From positions 96,001 to 160,000 of the forward strand of contig OZ253553.1 in the NCBI GenBank assembly GCA_965262715.1: DNA of 64,000 nt, given 5' to 3'. Every line of letters starts with the position of its first letter. The first letter of the stretch is position 1. Source of the DNA: Bdellovibrionales bacterium. Lineage in GTDB: Bacteria; Bdellovibrionota; Bdellovibrionia; Bdellovibrionales; JAUICD01. The notes below the pieces were generated by a model. The model did not search any database, was not told where the DNA came from, and saw nothing but the letters and a program-made list of their open reading frames with translations. Position numbers and translations under genes: made by a program. This document shows, in pieces, positions 63,291 to 64,000 of this stretch.

Positions 63291-63444
63291 CTCAGAGGGA
63301 GTACATCAGATATTTGGTAGCTCAGACATAAGCTTAAAGCTCTCATATCAAAATCTTTGGATACTTTCTTTTTATCATAGCACTAGATAACTTGCCATTG
63401 CCAATGTAGTACTAATTATGAGCTTAATTTAAAGAGGAATAGTG

Positions 63445-64000
63445 TTAGTGGACAATTGTAGAGAAGTTCTCTAAAATACTTCCGGACACACCCCCAACAA
63501 CCACACGTCTGACATCAGATTGGCTAAACCTCACATCAAATACCCATGCAAGCTCTTGAACAGAATTTCTTATAAAAAGTTGAGGTCTTTGATATTGTTC
63601 AGCATTGATTTGTGTGGTAGCAGATGAAAGTTCGCTTCTTAAGCGTTCCCATGCTTGTTCTCGATCGTAATTTAAATTTGTATTAAAGTTCTCTACATTT
63701 ATTTCTTTCATAGAATTATTTACATTAAAAACACTCTGACTATCTTGCAATACAGAGATCTGCAAACCCCCACTGTAAACTTCATAATCATCTATAACTT
63801 GTTTATAAAAATAATGCTTCACAGAACTTGTTTCTGTGACTGAAGAACCACCAATTTGATCTGCGCTTCCTCCAAAAAGGGGTGCCATCTCCTGTGCCAA
63901 CAATAAAACACTTGCAGTCTGACTTTCTGCATCTGGTAATGGAAGATTTTTTTCTCTATCATCAGAACCTACAGACATGACATCACCTAGGCCATTTCTC
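63445..64000 (-). CDS. Protein ending in FTP + PepSY propeptide-like domains (5' end outside the window)
   Basis: KHYFYKQVIDDYEVYSGGLQISV (FTP-like); REQAWERL...LAWVFDV...VVGGVSGSILE (PepSY-like). The frame is open to the window edge. Confidence 0.65.
   Translation of the reverse strand, partial: RNGLGDVMSVGSDDREKNLPLPDAESQTASVLLLAQEMAPLFGGSADQIGGSSVTETSSVKHYFYKQVIDDYEVYSGGLQISVLQDSQSVFNVNNSMKEINVENFNTNLNYDREQAWERLRSELSSATTQINAEQYQRPQLFIRNSVQELAWVFDVRFSQSDVRRVVVGGVSGSILENFSTIVH

Overview
AT-rich bacterial chromosomal segment (about 30-33% GC by eye), very likely from a Bdellovibrionota (Bdellovibrionales-like) genome. The taxonomic call rests on a tadA(cpaE-cpaF)-tadB-RHS-small secreted protein block matching the Bdellovibrio hit locus, on FxNC/YQNC-type lipoproteins and on sigma28/sigma54-type promoters. 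Housekeeping genes (thiL, mltD, ybeY, an orphan atpG, bat/vWA cluster, ilvA, mreB, ndk, sucDC, mdh, ligA) are interleaved with secreted ankyrin, Sel1, HTH, Cys-rich, ADP-ribosyltransferase and zincin proteins, many of them pseudogenised, which suggests a host-associated lineage under decay. Mobile DNA comprises two IS1634-family elements with 87-bp and 1340-bp flanking direct repeats, plus one IS5/IS903-group element with a family of derived MITEs. The most novel-looking signal is a set of intergenic multi-stem palindromic repeats (families A, B, D) that show strong compensatory base changes. They mark the boundaries of accessory genes, and at 61.0-62.0 kb they form an array enclosing an Avd-like four-helix-bundle gene whose RBS is sequestered in a hairpin. 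No CRISPR array, rRNA, tRNA or reverse transcriptase was seen.
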